A stretch of 64,000 nucleotides of DNA from a virus. Below the pieces are notes generated by a model, which saw nothing but the letters and a program-made list of their open reading frames with translations, was not told the DNA's origin and made no database searches. Position 1 is the first letter of the stretch, and each line of letters starts with the position of its first letter. This document shows, piece after piece, positions 56,134 through 64,000 of this stretch. The stretch lies in IMG/VR virus record IMGVR_UViG_3300017917_003637, positions 22,763 through 86,762 of that record. One strand, written 5' to 3'. Position numbers and translations under genes: made by a program.

Positions 56134-56756
56134 TAATCTCTAAAATAGTTTGAATAGTCTACGTTACGATTTTGTATATCGCTAAAACCAGCAATTTGTT
56201 TTGCCATATTTGGGTAAAAACCATACGCATTAAATGTGTTATGTAATTCAGCGTAATACGCGTCAACTTGTTTTTTCATTTTAGGTAAAACCACTTCAAT
56301 AACATCAAACATTGAACTGTTGATAGCTACACAATGTAGAGCGACAGTATAGTTTAGTTTTAGTATTTTATCATTTAAAAGTTGTGGTGGCTGGCCATAT
56401 ACATGGTTACCACCAAAATAAATAAAATCCCAATCTGATGGAACTAAATTCATATATTCGTCTAATTTAGCAATTTCTGGTGTAAAATAAACATCATCTT
56501 CTAATATTAAAACGTTTTTCACGCCATCTTTTTTACATTCTTTTATAATTTCTAAATGACTCATAAGAACACCCGTTTCGCCAGCTAAAAGTGACGGGTT
56601 ATCAACTGAAATTGTTGTACCATCAATAGCAGAAAATCTCTGAATATTATTTATAAAATATTTAGAGATTTCATTGTTAAAATTTTCGTACCTATCTGGT
56701 CTTTTGTCCAAATTAATCACATAGACTCTATCAAAAAATTTTTTTAAGTCTATCAT
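56133..56756 (-). CDS. Glycosyltransferase family 25
   Basis: YVINLDKRPDR, RFSAIDG, G...SH, LILEDD, WDFIYFG. Confidence 0.85.
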   Translation of the reverse strand: MIDLKKFFDRVYVINLDKRPDRYENFNNEISKYFINNIQRFSAIDGTTISVDNPSLLAGETGVLMSHLEIIKECKKDGVKNVLILEDDVYFTPEIAKLDEYMNLVPSDWDFIYFGGNHVYGQPPQLLNDKILKLNYTVALHCVAINSSMFDVIEVVLPKMKKQVDAYYAELHNTFNAYGFYPNMAKQIAGFSDIQNRNVDYSNYFRD

Positions 56757-57700
56757 TTTTTAGCCGCTTTTTGTTTGTATTTGTTATCTAATTCTTCGAC
56801 TTTATGTTCGTCTAAAATATCCTTACCGTTGATTACCATTTTGGCTTTGAATTTTATAACGTAAAAACCATTAAACTCAATGATTTTATCAAACTCAATG
56901 TTTTCATAACGATACAATAAAAAATCTTCAGAACCTATAGTTTTGTATGTTAAAAACTCTACAGCATCAAAATCCGTAAAAGTTTCTTTTTTACCGTTCA
57001 TCACTTTTTTGATTGAAGATAAAAACAGTTTGCTATTTTTATTGTATTCATCTGGATATATACTCACATAAAACTCTAAAAGTCTTTCATCTTTTTTAAT
57101 TTTTCTAACATTTAACTTTTTAGTAAAATTCTCTATTAGGAAATTTGAAAAATCAGGTCTTTCAATTTTTATAGGTCTATCTCCTTTTTCAGTTATGCTT
57201 AATTCGTTAGCGCCTATTGTAGCATGACCAACACTGATTAAATTACCATTGTCATCATAGTTTTCCAATACACTATCTAGAATTGATAAGTGTTCATTGC
57301 CAAGCATATCTGTTGTGTTTAAAGCAATTTCTGAGTTGTCTAAAACCATTTCTAATTTATAGTCATCATGTTCATCTACTTTAATTTTTTTAAGACCAGC
57401 CTTAACATTTTTCTTAGTTGTTTTAACAATTGGCATATTGTCTTCATCATATCCAATTATAGTTGATTTTACTCCACCAGTCGCTTTAAGAATTTTGTAA
57501 GTTCTCCATTTTAAATTTAAAACTTCTTGGGTTATTTCACCGTTTACTAAAGAATCAGCTAGCTGACCTTGCGTATGTCTTTGTACTTTTGAAACATCAC
57601 TTTCTAGCGTTTCACCGCTTTGACCAAAAGCATTTTTTTCAACATTAGCTGTTGAAATCATAAATCTGGCGATTTGCCTTTTTATCCAATTCGTAACCAT
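56753..57700 (-). CDS. Hypothetical protein
   Basis: 315-aa ORF in operon. Confidence 0.7.
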   Translation of the reverse strand: MVTNWIKRQIARFMISTANVEKNAFGQSGETLESDVSKVQRHTQGQLADSLVNGEITQEVLNLKWRTYKILKATGGVKSTIIGYDEDNMPIVKTTKKNVKAGLKKIKVDEHDDYKLEMVLDNSEIALNTTDMLGNEHLSILDSVLENYDDNGNLISVGHATIGANELSITEKGDRPIKIERPDFSNFLIENFTKKLNVRKIKKDERLLEFYVSIYPDEYNKNSKLFLSSIKKVMNGKKETFTDFDAVEFLTYKTIGSEDFLLYRYENIEFDKIIEFNGFYVIKFKAKMVINGKDILDEHKVEELDNKYKQKAAKK

Positions 57701-57701
57701 A

Positions 57702-59348
57702 TTACAAAATTTTTATATATTCATCAATTATTTGTGTCGCTACATTAGAACTTTTAAATTTGTCCAAATCAGCAGGGATATCATGTAGTTTTTTACCTAA
57801 AATATTACCTGTTTCATCAACATCGTAAATCCAACCTTTTTTGCCACACATCCAACCTTCTATAGTTGTTCTACCTAACAATATTCCAGCTGTTTCATCA
57901 CATTGATGAATGTATTTCTCAACATTTGCGGTTGGTTCGAAATATTTCACATGTTCTTGGTTGTTTATTAACGCGTCTAAATAAGTATCGTTTTTCTTAC
58001 CAACAACCCATAACTCTTCATTATTTTCTTTTGTTTTGTTGATTAAATCTTCAATAGTTTTTTGTCTAAGATAATCAATAGTCCCAACAAATAATATTCT
58101 TTTCTTAGACCTAGATTCATTTGTTTTAACTGGTTTAAATTTAGTATCATCTATTGGATTGTAAATAACACTAACATTGTTTTCATCAATACCAAATTTA
58201 TCAACAATATGTTTTTTTATTTCTGGTCTTATAGCGATATAATTCTTAATCTGTGGTGATAAAACTGGTTCTTCTAAGGATATTACTTCGGAGTGTATTG
58301 AACATATCACTGGTGTTTCTGGATAAAATCTTAGTAAATGTTCAGTTACTGGTTTGTGGTTTAAATGTATTATGTCAAAATTTATATCTTGAATTTTATA
58401 CAAAGTGTTTGGGGATGATGGTGTATTACCATTAGGTGTGTTTAACATCCATTTACCATCGCCTAATTTATAACCTGGTGGTTCTTGTATGTTGTACATT
58501 TTGATACCCAATTTATGTGACAAACTTAAAAGTGGTTCACCAATATGTGAACAAATCGAAACATCATGGCCTAGTTTTTTTAATTGCTTAGCCAATTCAA
58601 AAACATATAGTTCTGAACCAGTGAAATTAGTATAACTTAAACAACCTATTAGTATTTTAAGTTTTTGGTTTTTTCTAAGCGTTCTTTTAACGTTTGCTGG
58701 TAAATTATCTTTAAAGGTTTCAGAAAAATTGATTCTATTGGTTTCCCATGCTTCATTAGTCATCCCTATTGATTGGTGGTTGACTCTAACGACAGTGGTA
58801 ACACCAACTTTAACTCCTTTTAAAAAGTTTTCAAAAGAAAACGTTACATCATAAAAGTGAAACCCTTCAACAGTTTCGTTAAATGTGTTTTTAATTCTGT
58901 TTTTATGAGCAGCAAACCAAACACCGTCCACAACCACAACTTCTTCTAAATCTTGTCCTAGGTCATCACTGTAGGTTGATAACCACGTCTTACCCTCGTG
59001 CGTGTGCGCGACTCTACCATACATCTTAGACCTGTTTTCCCACCATTGCCCTGATACTGGCATGTTTTTACTTCCAGCCACGCCAATAATACCATATTCT
59101 GGGTTCTTGTCAAATAATTTAACTAATTTGTTACCCCATTGTTTGGTTTCTATGGTTAAGTCATCATGACAGAATACAACTATATCGTATTTCGCTTGTT
59201 TTAAGCCACGATTATACGCGTGGGTTAATGATTCACCATTGTTTATGATTTCGATTACCTCAACGTGTTTATGCAAGCCAGATGACTTAATTAAGTGTTC
59301 TTTGTGTTGTGGATTTGTTTGTCTTGTACAATATACTATACTTACCAT
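57702..59348 (-). CDS. Bifunctional glycosyltransferase (GT2-like N-terminus + GT4-like C-terminus)
   Basis: AYNRGL...VFCHDD...GFHFYD; TGSELYVFELA..L...GHDV; VIYNPID; GRTTIEGW. Confidence 0.8.
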   Translation of the reverse strand: MVSIVYCTRQTNPQHKEHLIKSSGLHKHVEVIEIINNGESLTHAYNRGLKQAKYDIVVFCHDDLTIETKQWGNKLVKLFDKNPEYGIIGVAGSKNMPVSGQWWENRSKMYGRVAHTHEGKTWLSTYSDDLGQDLEEVVVVDGVWFAAHKNRIKNTFNETVEGFHFYDVTFSFENFLKGVKVGVTTVVRVNHQSIGMTNEAWETNRINFSETFKDNLPANVKRTLRKNQKLKILIGCLSYTNFTGSELYVFELAKQLKKLGHDVSICSHIGEPLLSLSHKLGIKMYNIQEPPGYKLGDGKWMLNTPNGNTPSSPNTLYKIQDINFDIIHLNHKPVTEHLLRFYPETPVICSIHSEVISLEEPVLSPQIKNYIAIRPEIKKHIVDKFGIDENNVSVIYNPIDDTKFKPVKTNESRSKKRILFVGTIDYLRQKTIEDLINKTKENNEELWVVGKKNDTYLDALINNQEHVKYFEPTANVEKYIHQCDETAGILLGRTTIEGWMCGKKGWIYDVDETGNILGKKLHDIPADLDKFKSSNVATQIIDEYIKIL

Positions 59349-59351
59349 GTA

Positions 59352-60347
59352 TTATTTTTTAAAACGATTATAAGCGTTGTCGCTTATTTTAATTATATCA
59401 GCTTTACCAATAAATTGACCAAGTGATTTAGCGTTGGAGTAGCTCATAGCTGAACGTAAATAATCTTCAAAGTTGCTAACCCATTGTTTTAAGGTGTATT
59501 CAGCTTTTCTAAATCTAACAACACCTTCAGAAGTTGTTAATTTAGTTTTACCCCATTTTTTTTGAACTTCTTTAGTGCTCATCCCTCTGAATTTTTTATA
59601 TACAGGTATTTTACGAGCGTATAACCAATCAGCAATTTCTTGCGGTATCCATATTTTTTTAAACAAATAGTTTTCACCACAAGAATCAATAGCCTTGTTA
59701 AATAAACTACCAACCATTACAAAATCAGCACCCAGAGCCAATGCTTTGATAACATCAGAATAATTCTGCATACCACCATCAGCAACAATATATGCTGCAT
59801 TGTCATATGTTTTTGAGATATCGTAACATTCTTTAATCAAAGAAGCCATTGGATAACCAACACCAGTGTGCACAGTAGTGCTACATCCACCTCCGTTGCC
59901 TATACCAACTCTAACAAAGTCGGCACCCGCCAAAGATAATTCTTCGTATGTTTTTGGGTTAGCTACGTTACCAACCATAAGGATTAAGTTAGGGTGTTTT
60001 TCTTTAACTTTTTTTACTGTATCGATTAACATTGTCATATGACCGTTAGCTATATCAATTAGATAAAAACCATTGTCTTTAAGATGACCAGTTAAAAACA
60101 TATCATTAAATTCAGTCAACGAATAAGAAGAAAAACCAGTTGTGTTTTCAACACCTCTTGGTGAGCAAGTAATAACTTTTAATTCATCAAACTTAGCCTC
60201 ATTTGTTTCATCTATTACAGTATCCATTGGTGCTGTAATAAGAGGTAAATACCCATTAACAAATGGGTTGATTTCTTTTCTACTATTAATTTTGGATTTA
60301 ATAGCAGGTCTGATTAGAATGTCGTTAAAATCAAATTTTGTTGCCAT
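59352..60347 (-). CDS. GMP reductase / IMP dehydrogenase family protein without CBS domains
   Basis: APMDTV, IDIANGH, VGIGNGGGCST, ADGG, KALALGADFVM, FRGMS, SEG; ATG at 60347. Confidence 0.88.
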   Translation of the reverse strand: MATKFDFNDILIRPAIKSKINSRKEINPFVNGYLPLITAPMDTVIDETNEAKFDELKVITCSPRGVENTTGFSSYSLTEFNDMFLTGHLKDNGFYLIDIANGHMTMLIDTVKKVKEKHPNLILMVGNVANPKTYEELSLAGADFVRVGIGNGGGCSTTVHTGVGYPMASLIKECYDISKTYDNAAYIVADGGMQNYSDVIKALALGADFVMVGSLFNKAIDSCGENYLFKKIWIPQEIADWLYARKIPVYKKFRGMSTKEVQKKWGKTKLTTSEGVVRFRKAEYTLKQWVSNFEDYLRSAMSYSNAKSLGQFIGKADIIKISDNAYNRFKK

Positions 60348-60348
60348 A

Positions 60349-60933
60349 TTAATTTTTACCAGTTGAACCAAAACCACCAGAACCTCTTTCTGTGTCCTCG
60401 TTTATTTCACTAACTTTATTAAGATTAATAACTCTTTTACCAATTACAGATGCAATAACAGCTTGCGCTATTCTGTCGCCATGATTGATTTCGAATAATT
60501 CATCACCTAAATTAATTAGGATAACTTTTAATTCACCACGATAGTCGGCATCGATTGTTCCTGGTGTGTTCAAAACCGTCACACCATTCTTAGCTGCCAA
60601 CCCACTTCTAGGTCTTACTTGAATTTCTAGACCCTCTGGTAATTCAAAATACAACCCAGTTGGAACGATAACTCTTTTACCGACTGGTACAACTAGCATT
60701 TGAGATAAATTAGCTCTCAAATCAAAACCTGATGACCCAGATGTTGCATATTCTGGGTCAGGGTTATTGGATTCGTTTTTAAAGTTGATTTTCATTTTAT
60801 AAAAATCATCGTTTGGTGCTATGTTAGCAATGTTTGCACCAGAGAACTCTTTGTTGAAGTCATCTTCAGTGTAAGGGTCGTTTGGGTCAACCATCTTGAG
60901 AACCTTTTCTCTCATTTTTTCAATATCGTACAT
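60349..60933 (-). CDS. dut: Trimeric dUTPase with N-terminal extension
   Basis: [38 protein letters not shown]. Confidence 0.95.
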   Translation of the reverse strand: MYDIEKMREKVLKMVDPNDPYTEDDFNKEFSGANIANIAPNDDFYKMKINFKNESNNPDPEYATSGSSGFDLRANLSQMLVVPVGKRVIVPTGLYFELPEGLEIQVRPRSGLAAKNGVTVLNTPGTIDADYRGELKVILINLGDELFEINHGDRIAQAVIASVIGKRVINLNKVSEINEDTERGSGGFGSTGKN

Positions 60934-60934
60934 A

Positions 60935-61495
60935 CTATTCAGCTTTTTCGTGTTTAATCGCAAAGATGTTAGACATTTTTAACAACTCACCAAGAGTTGA
61001 ATTGTGATATTGAGCCATTTGGTCATCAGTTTTATCAAACATCATGATAGCTGAATACTCTTCTTCAGTAAATTTAATTCCGTGTGACATGGCGTAATAA
61101 AGACTTCTCTCGCTTACACGCATAGAAACCAAATCGTTGTTAAATTCATACATTTTACCTTGATTTTTTCTATGCCATTCAGATTCACATGGAACATATA
61201 AGTTTGCTTTACCAATTTGGTGTAATAAACAAACTTTAAGCAAAGATGCTTGACCTACTTGTTTATCTTCAGGTAATGCATTATTAAAACGGACAGCGTA
61301 GAACGCAACTCTAAGTAAATGGTCAATTAAACCACCCTCAAAAGCGTTATGTAAGCTGTCCATTGTAGATGCGGGAGCCTTGATAAAAGACTCACCTAAA
61401 AAAGACATGAGTTCATTGTTCATAAACTCATATTTGTTAGCTGTTTCAAAATATTTTTTAGTATTTGAAACAATTTTTTCTTGTGTTAAAGACAT
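60935..61495 (-). CDS. HD-domain (YhaM-like) protein with HD->HQ substitution
   Basis: APAS...[10 protein letters not shown]...LLHQIGK. Confidence 0.65.
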   Translation of the reverse strand: MSLTQEKIVSNTKKYFETANKYEFMNNELMSFLGESFIKAPASTMDSLHNAFEGGLIDHLLRVAFYAVRFNNALPEDKQVGQASLLKVCLLHQIGKANLYVPCESEWHRKNQGKMYEFNNDLVSMRVSERSLYYAMSHGIKFTEEEYSAIMMFDKTDDQMAQYHNSTLGELLKMSNIFAIKHEKAE

Positions 61496-61529
61496 TGATT
61501 TTTATATTAAATAATTGTTATTCTTTTTA

Positions 61530-61560
61530 CAAATATACACATAAAAAACCAAAAAATCAA
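61530..61560 (-). promoter_or_regulatory. Bacteroidota-type primary sigma promoter
   Basis: Minus strand TTG 61560-61558, N20, TATATTTG 61537-61530. Confidence 0.65.
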
Positions 61561-61565
61561 TGTTT

Positions 61566-61955
61566 TTATAAATTAATTTTACTTACAAATTCACTGTATA
61601 TGGTACCACCTGTAATTGGTGGTGTAGGTAAATTTAACTCAGGGTCTTCTTCTAACCTATCCTTTTCAATTTTTTTATTAAAAGAGGCTTTTAAATCTTC
61701 AATTTCTTTTTTGTAATTATCTTCTTGAATTTTTAACGCTTTTTTGATGATAGCCTCATCATGGTTTTTAGTTTCAAGTTTATCCATAATAGATTTTGCT
61801 TTGGTAGCATCAAAAATTTCAAATTTTTGAGTTTTAGGTTGATTTTCCTCGGCAATTAAAACCTTTGGTTTGTTTTCATCAACTTTTACGTTGTCTTCTT
61901 TTAACATTTCAATCATGAAATCAAAAAGCATTTTTACGTCGTCTTTTCTAGCCAT
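61566..61955 (-). CDS. Hypothetical protein
   Basis: 129-aa ORF. Confidence 0.6.
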   Translation of the reverse strand: MARKDDVKMLFDFMIEMLKEDNVKVDENKPKVLIAEENQPKTQKFEIFDATKAKSIMDKLETKNHDEAIIKKALKIQEDNYKKEIEDLKASFNKKIEKDRLEEDPELNLPTPPITGGTIYSEFVSKINL

Positions 61956-63193
61956 AATTCTGGTTTTTTAGTTTTTGTTAGTTGTAAATATAAGTCTTTT
62001 CTTTGTCCAGTAACACTTTCCATTGAATACAAGTCTTTTACCGTGTTGTGTAAGTTTTCTTGCAACACTTTAATTATTTCTGGATTTTGAATTAATTTCT
62101 TAAGAGCAGTATACCAATCCTTATGGTTCTTTCTACTTTCAATTAAAATGCCGTTAGCGGTTTCATCAAAACCACCACCAAATTTAATCGCATTTTTTAG
62201 GTCTATTTTGTAAGGTCCAAAATCTTGGGCGATAATTGCTTTGTGGTGAAAACCAGCTTCAATTACTTTTAATTGACTCTTAACTTTGTTGAAAATATTT
62301 TCCTCTAACGGCGCTAATGAAATGTCAAATAAATTGTAGTTTGAAGCATAAGTTGAAATTGGTTTAGTCCAAACTCTTCTGTAAGGTTCGTTAGCCACAT
62401 TTGGATATTCATCTGTTGTAAATTTCATTAGGAAATTTTTATATTCAGGGCTAATGATAGTATAGTTGTCAGTAAAAATCTTTTCATATCGATACCAAAC
62501 ACTTTCCATTGGAGTGATATTCCTAACTCTTTGTTCACCTGTTCTAGAGTCAATATCAGTGTGGGTACCTCTAGTATCAAAACCACATAAAACAAATTGT
62601 ATTTTGTCTATAAGACCATCACCTTTTAATTTTGAAACAACACCATTTAAAATTTCCAAGTCTTTTAAGTGAGAAGAACCACCAAGCCAACCGATTCTAA
62701 TTCTATCTGATTTTTCTGGATTAGGCGTGAATTGTTTTTCTTTTGGGTCAACAGCATTTGGAAGTACAAATACGTTTTTATTGTATTTTCTAATTTCCTC
62801 TGCAAACAAAGGAGTTGTGGTTGTAACATTTCTAGCTATTCTAATGTTATCTAAGATTTTTTTGTCTAAACCAGAAGCCTTGATAATGTGGTAAGCTGGA
62901 TGGTGTGGACCTGGAGCCCAATAATCATCTAAATCCATAATACTAACAATACCTAAATTATCTAGTCTGTTTAATAATTCTGGCATACCCTCAAAAGAAC
63001 CTAACGTTCTATGATAATGAATAATGTCATATTGTTTTAACCACTCATCATTATCTAGTTGTGGTTCATAATCGATATCCACGTTAAATTCTTCAGAATA
63101 CATGTTCTCTAATGCGATGTGTGGATTGGTTGAGCGGAAGTACCCTACACCCGTTCTATCTGAGGGTACTACTAAAACTTTTATTTTTTTCAT
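61934..63193 (-). CDS. GT-B fold glycosyltransferase
   Basis: GVGYFRS..P, DLDDYW, VLPNAVD, RIGWLGGSSHLKD, DISLAPL..N.FN.VKSQLKVIEAG. Confidence 0.8.
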   Translation of the reverse strand: MKKIKVLVVPSDRTGVGYFRSTNPHIALENMYSEEFNVDIDYEPQLDNDEWLKQYDIIHYHRTLGSFEGMPELLNRLDNLGIVSIMDLDDYWAPGPHHPAYHIIKASGLDKKILDNIRIARNVTTTTPLFAEEIRKYNKNVFVLPNAVDPKEKQFTPNPEKSDRIRIGWLGGSSHLKDLEILNGVVSKLKGDGLIDKIQFVLCGFDTRGTHTDIDSRTGEQRVRNITPMESVWYRYEKIFTDNYTIISPEYKNFLMKFTTDEYPNVANEPYRRVWTKPISTYASNYNLFDISLAPLEENIFNKVKSQLKVIEAGFHHKAIIAQDFGPYKIDLKNAIKFGGGFDETANGILIESRKNHKDWYTALKKLIQNPEIIKVLQENLHNTVKDLYSMESVTGQRKDLYLQLTKTKKPELWLEKTT

Positions 63194-63259
63194 GAAAAAT
63201 GTTTTAAAACTTTTTATTGATTTTTAAATATATTGAAAATAAATTTAATAGTAAATAAC

Positions 63260-63285
63260 AAAGGGGCTTTTTAGCCCCTTTTTTT
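63260..63285. terminator. Terminator-like hairpin
   Basis: AAAGGGGCT-TTTT-AGCCCCTTT. Confidence 0.65.
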
Positions 63286-63889
63286 AATTTTTTCTTTTTG
63301 TTTGTATTTTACCTTCTTTTATCAGAGTATTAATAGTCTTCTTGATTGTTTCTTCAGTTACTGTTTTATCGTAAACTTGTTTAAAGAACCTATTGATTGA
63401 TTCGTCAATCATATTTTGTAAATCTTTTCTGCTTATTGTAATCATATCAGACCCAGAACTTTCAGAAAGCATTTGTTTTTGTCTACCTTCGTTAGGTTTT
63501 CTTATTGTAGCACCAGTTAATTTAGCAATTGCTTCAGCGCTAACCTTTGATGGTGGTCCACTAAGTCTAGGGATTGGTTTGTTTAACATGGCTTCTTTTA
63601 CAGCTGGAGGTAAATTTGAAGACATTACTTGTTCTGGCGTATAATTATGATTTGGGATAACACCATTGGTAGCTGGTTGATAATTCTCATACATGGGTTC
63701 TCTTTCATCAGCTTCGCTATAAACTGGTGAATTGTCAAACATAGATTGATTATATGATTCTCTAGGGTCAAAGTCTTTACTTCTACTAGCTTTTTTTTCT
63801 GGTTCTCTAGATTCAACCACATTCATTACTTGTCTAGCCTTACCTAATATGCCGCTTAGCGCGCTTACATCTACTGGTCTTGGGTCCAT
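63284..63889 (-). CDS. Hypothetical protein
   Basis: 201-aa ORF. Confidence 0.7.
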   Translation of the reverse strand: MDPRPVDVSALSGILGKARQVMNVVESREPEKKASRSKDFDPRESYNQSMFDNSPVYSEADEREPMYENYQPATNGVIPNHNYTPEQVMSSNLPPAVKEAMLNKPIPRLSGPPSKVSAEAIAKLTGATIRKPNEGRQKQMLSESSGSDMITISRKDLQNMIDESINRFFKQVYDKTVTEETIKKTINTLIKEGKIQTKRKN

Positions 63890-63893
63890 ATTA

Positions 63894-63998
63894 TTATTTG
63901 TTTAATTCTAAATTATTTTCTTCATCTTCTTCTGGTTCAACTTCTGGTTCAACTGGTTTTGGTTGAATACGTCTCATCGGTCTAACTGGTTGTCTAGC
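63894..63998 (-). CDS. Hypothetical protein, 3' end only
   Basis: Open from the window edge: ARQPVRPMRRIQPKPVEPEVEPEEDEENNLELNK then TAA TAA. Confidence 0.5.
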   Translation of the reverse strand, partial: ARQPVRPMRRIQPKPVEPEVEPEEDEENNLELNK

Positions 63999-64000
63999 TG

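Noticed and set aside
1056-63822. Numerous 60-170 aa ORFs antisense to or overlapping the main genes (e.g. 2233-2634, 9705-10169, 39962-40468, 41434-41928)
   Set aside because: Shadow ORFs of recognisable genes on the other strand or frame, with no motifs or expression signals.
1-64000. Stop-codon reassignment, tRNAs, introns or inteins
   Set aside because: Genes are full length in code 11, and TAG and TGA act as real stops. I saw no cloverleafs, and terL, portal, capsid and thyA are uninterrupted with no intein termini.

Overview
AT-rich, densely coding 64-kb segment of a large T4-like (myovirus/jumbo-type) dsDNA phage, read in genetic code 11. The host is probably Bacteroidota, because TTG-N19/20-TAnnTTTG promoters recur and the translation starts are A-rich with no Shine-Dalgarno. 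Left part (1-14.9 kb): nucleases, thioredoxin, an LRR protein, a YkuK-like RNase H-fold protein, a split ABC-ATPase/GNAT, ClpC, a KTSC protein and ThyA. Middle (14.9-35 kb, + strand): a PKD/DUF285 repeat protein, a cluster of modular proteins punctuated by apparent prohead-protease sites, then terminase, portal, prohead protease, scaffold and major capsid protein. Right (35.9-64 kb, - strand): baseplate-like genes, a gp55-like late sigma factor, PhoH, a ~20-kb glycosylation region (gmd, fcl, GT11, GT10, 2x GT25, GT47-like, GT2/GT-B enzymes, 3 FkbM methyltransferases) and nucleotide enzymes (GMPR/IMPDH, dUTPase, HD protein). Main observations: (1) two -1 frameshift junctions at slippery homopolymers, one joining a ~898-aa modular putative head polyprotein and one joining the ATPase to the GNAT; (2) a shared IKKLLRE-type leader and many [ILV]-x-E sites, suggesting protease-processed capsid cargo; (3) a sense-strand ATATTTAT late-promoter motif at 17 sites; (4) a gene bracketed by a perfect 14-bp inverted repeat and preceded by a structured leader; (5) a self-contained fucosylation/methylation island. 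I found no tRNA, rRNA, CRISPR array, integrase or transposase. All family calls come from recognising motifs by eye, not from database searches.
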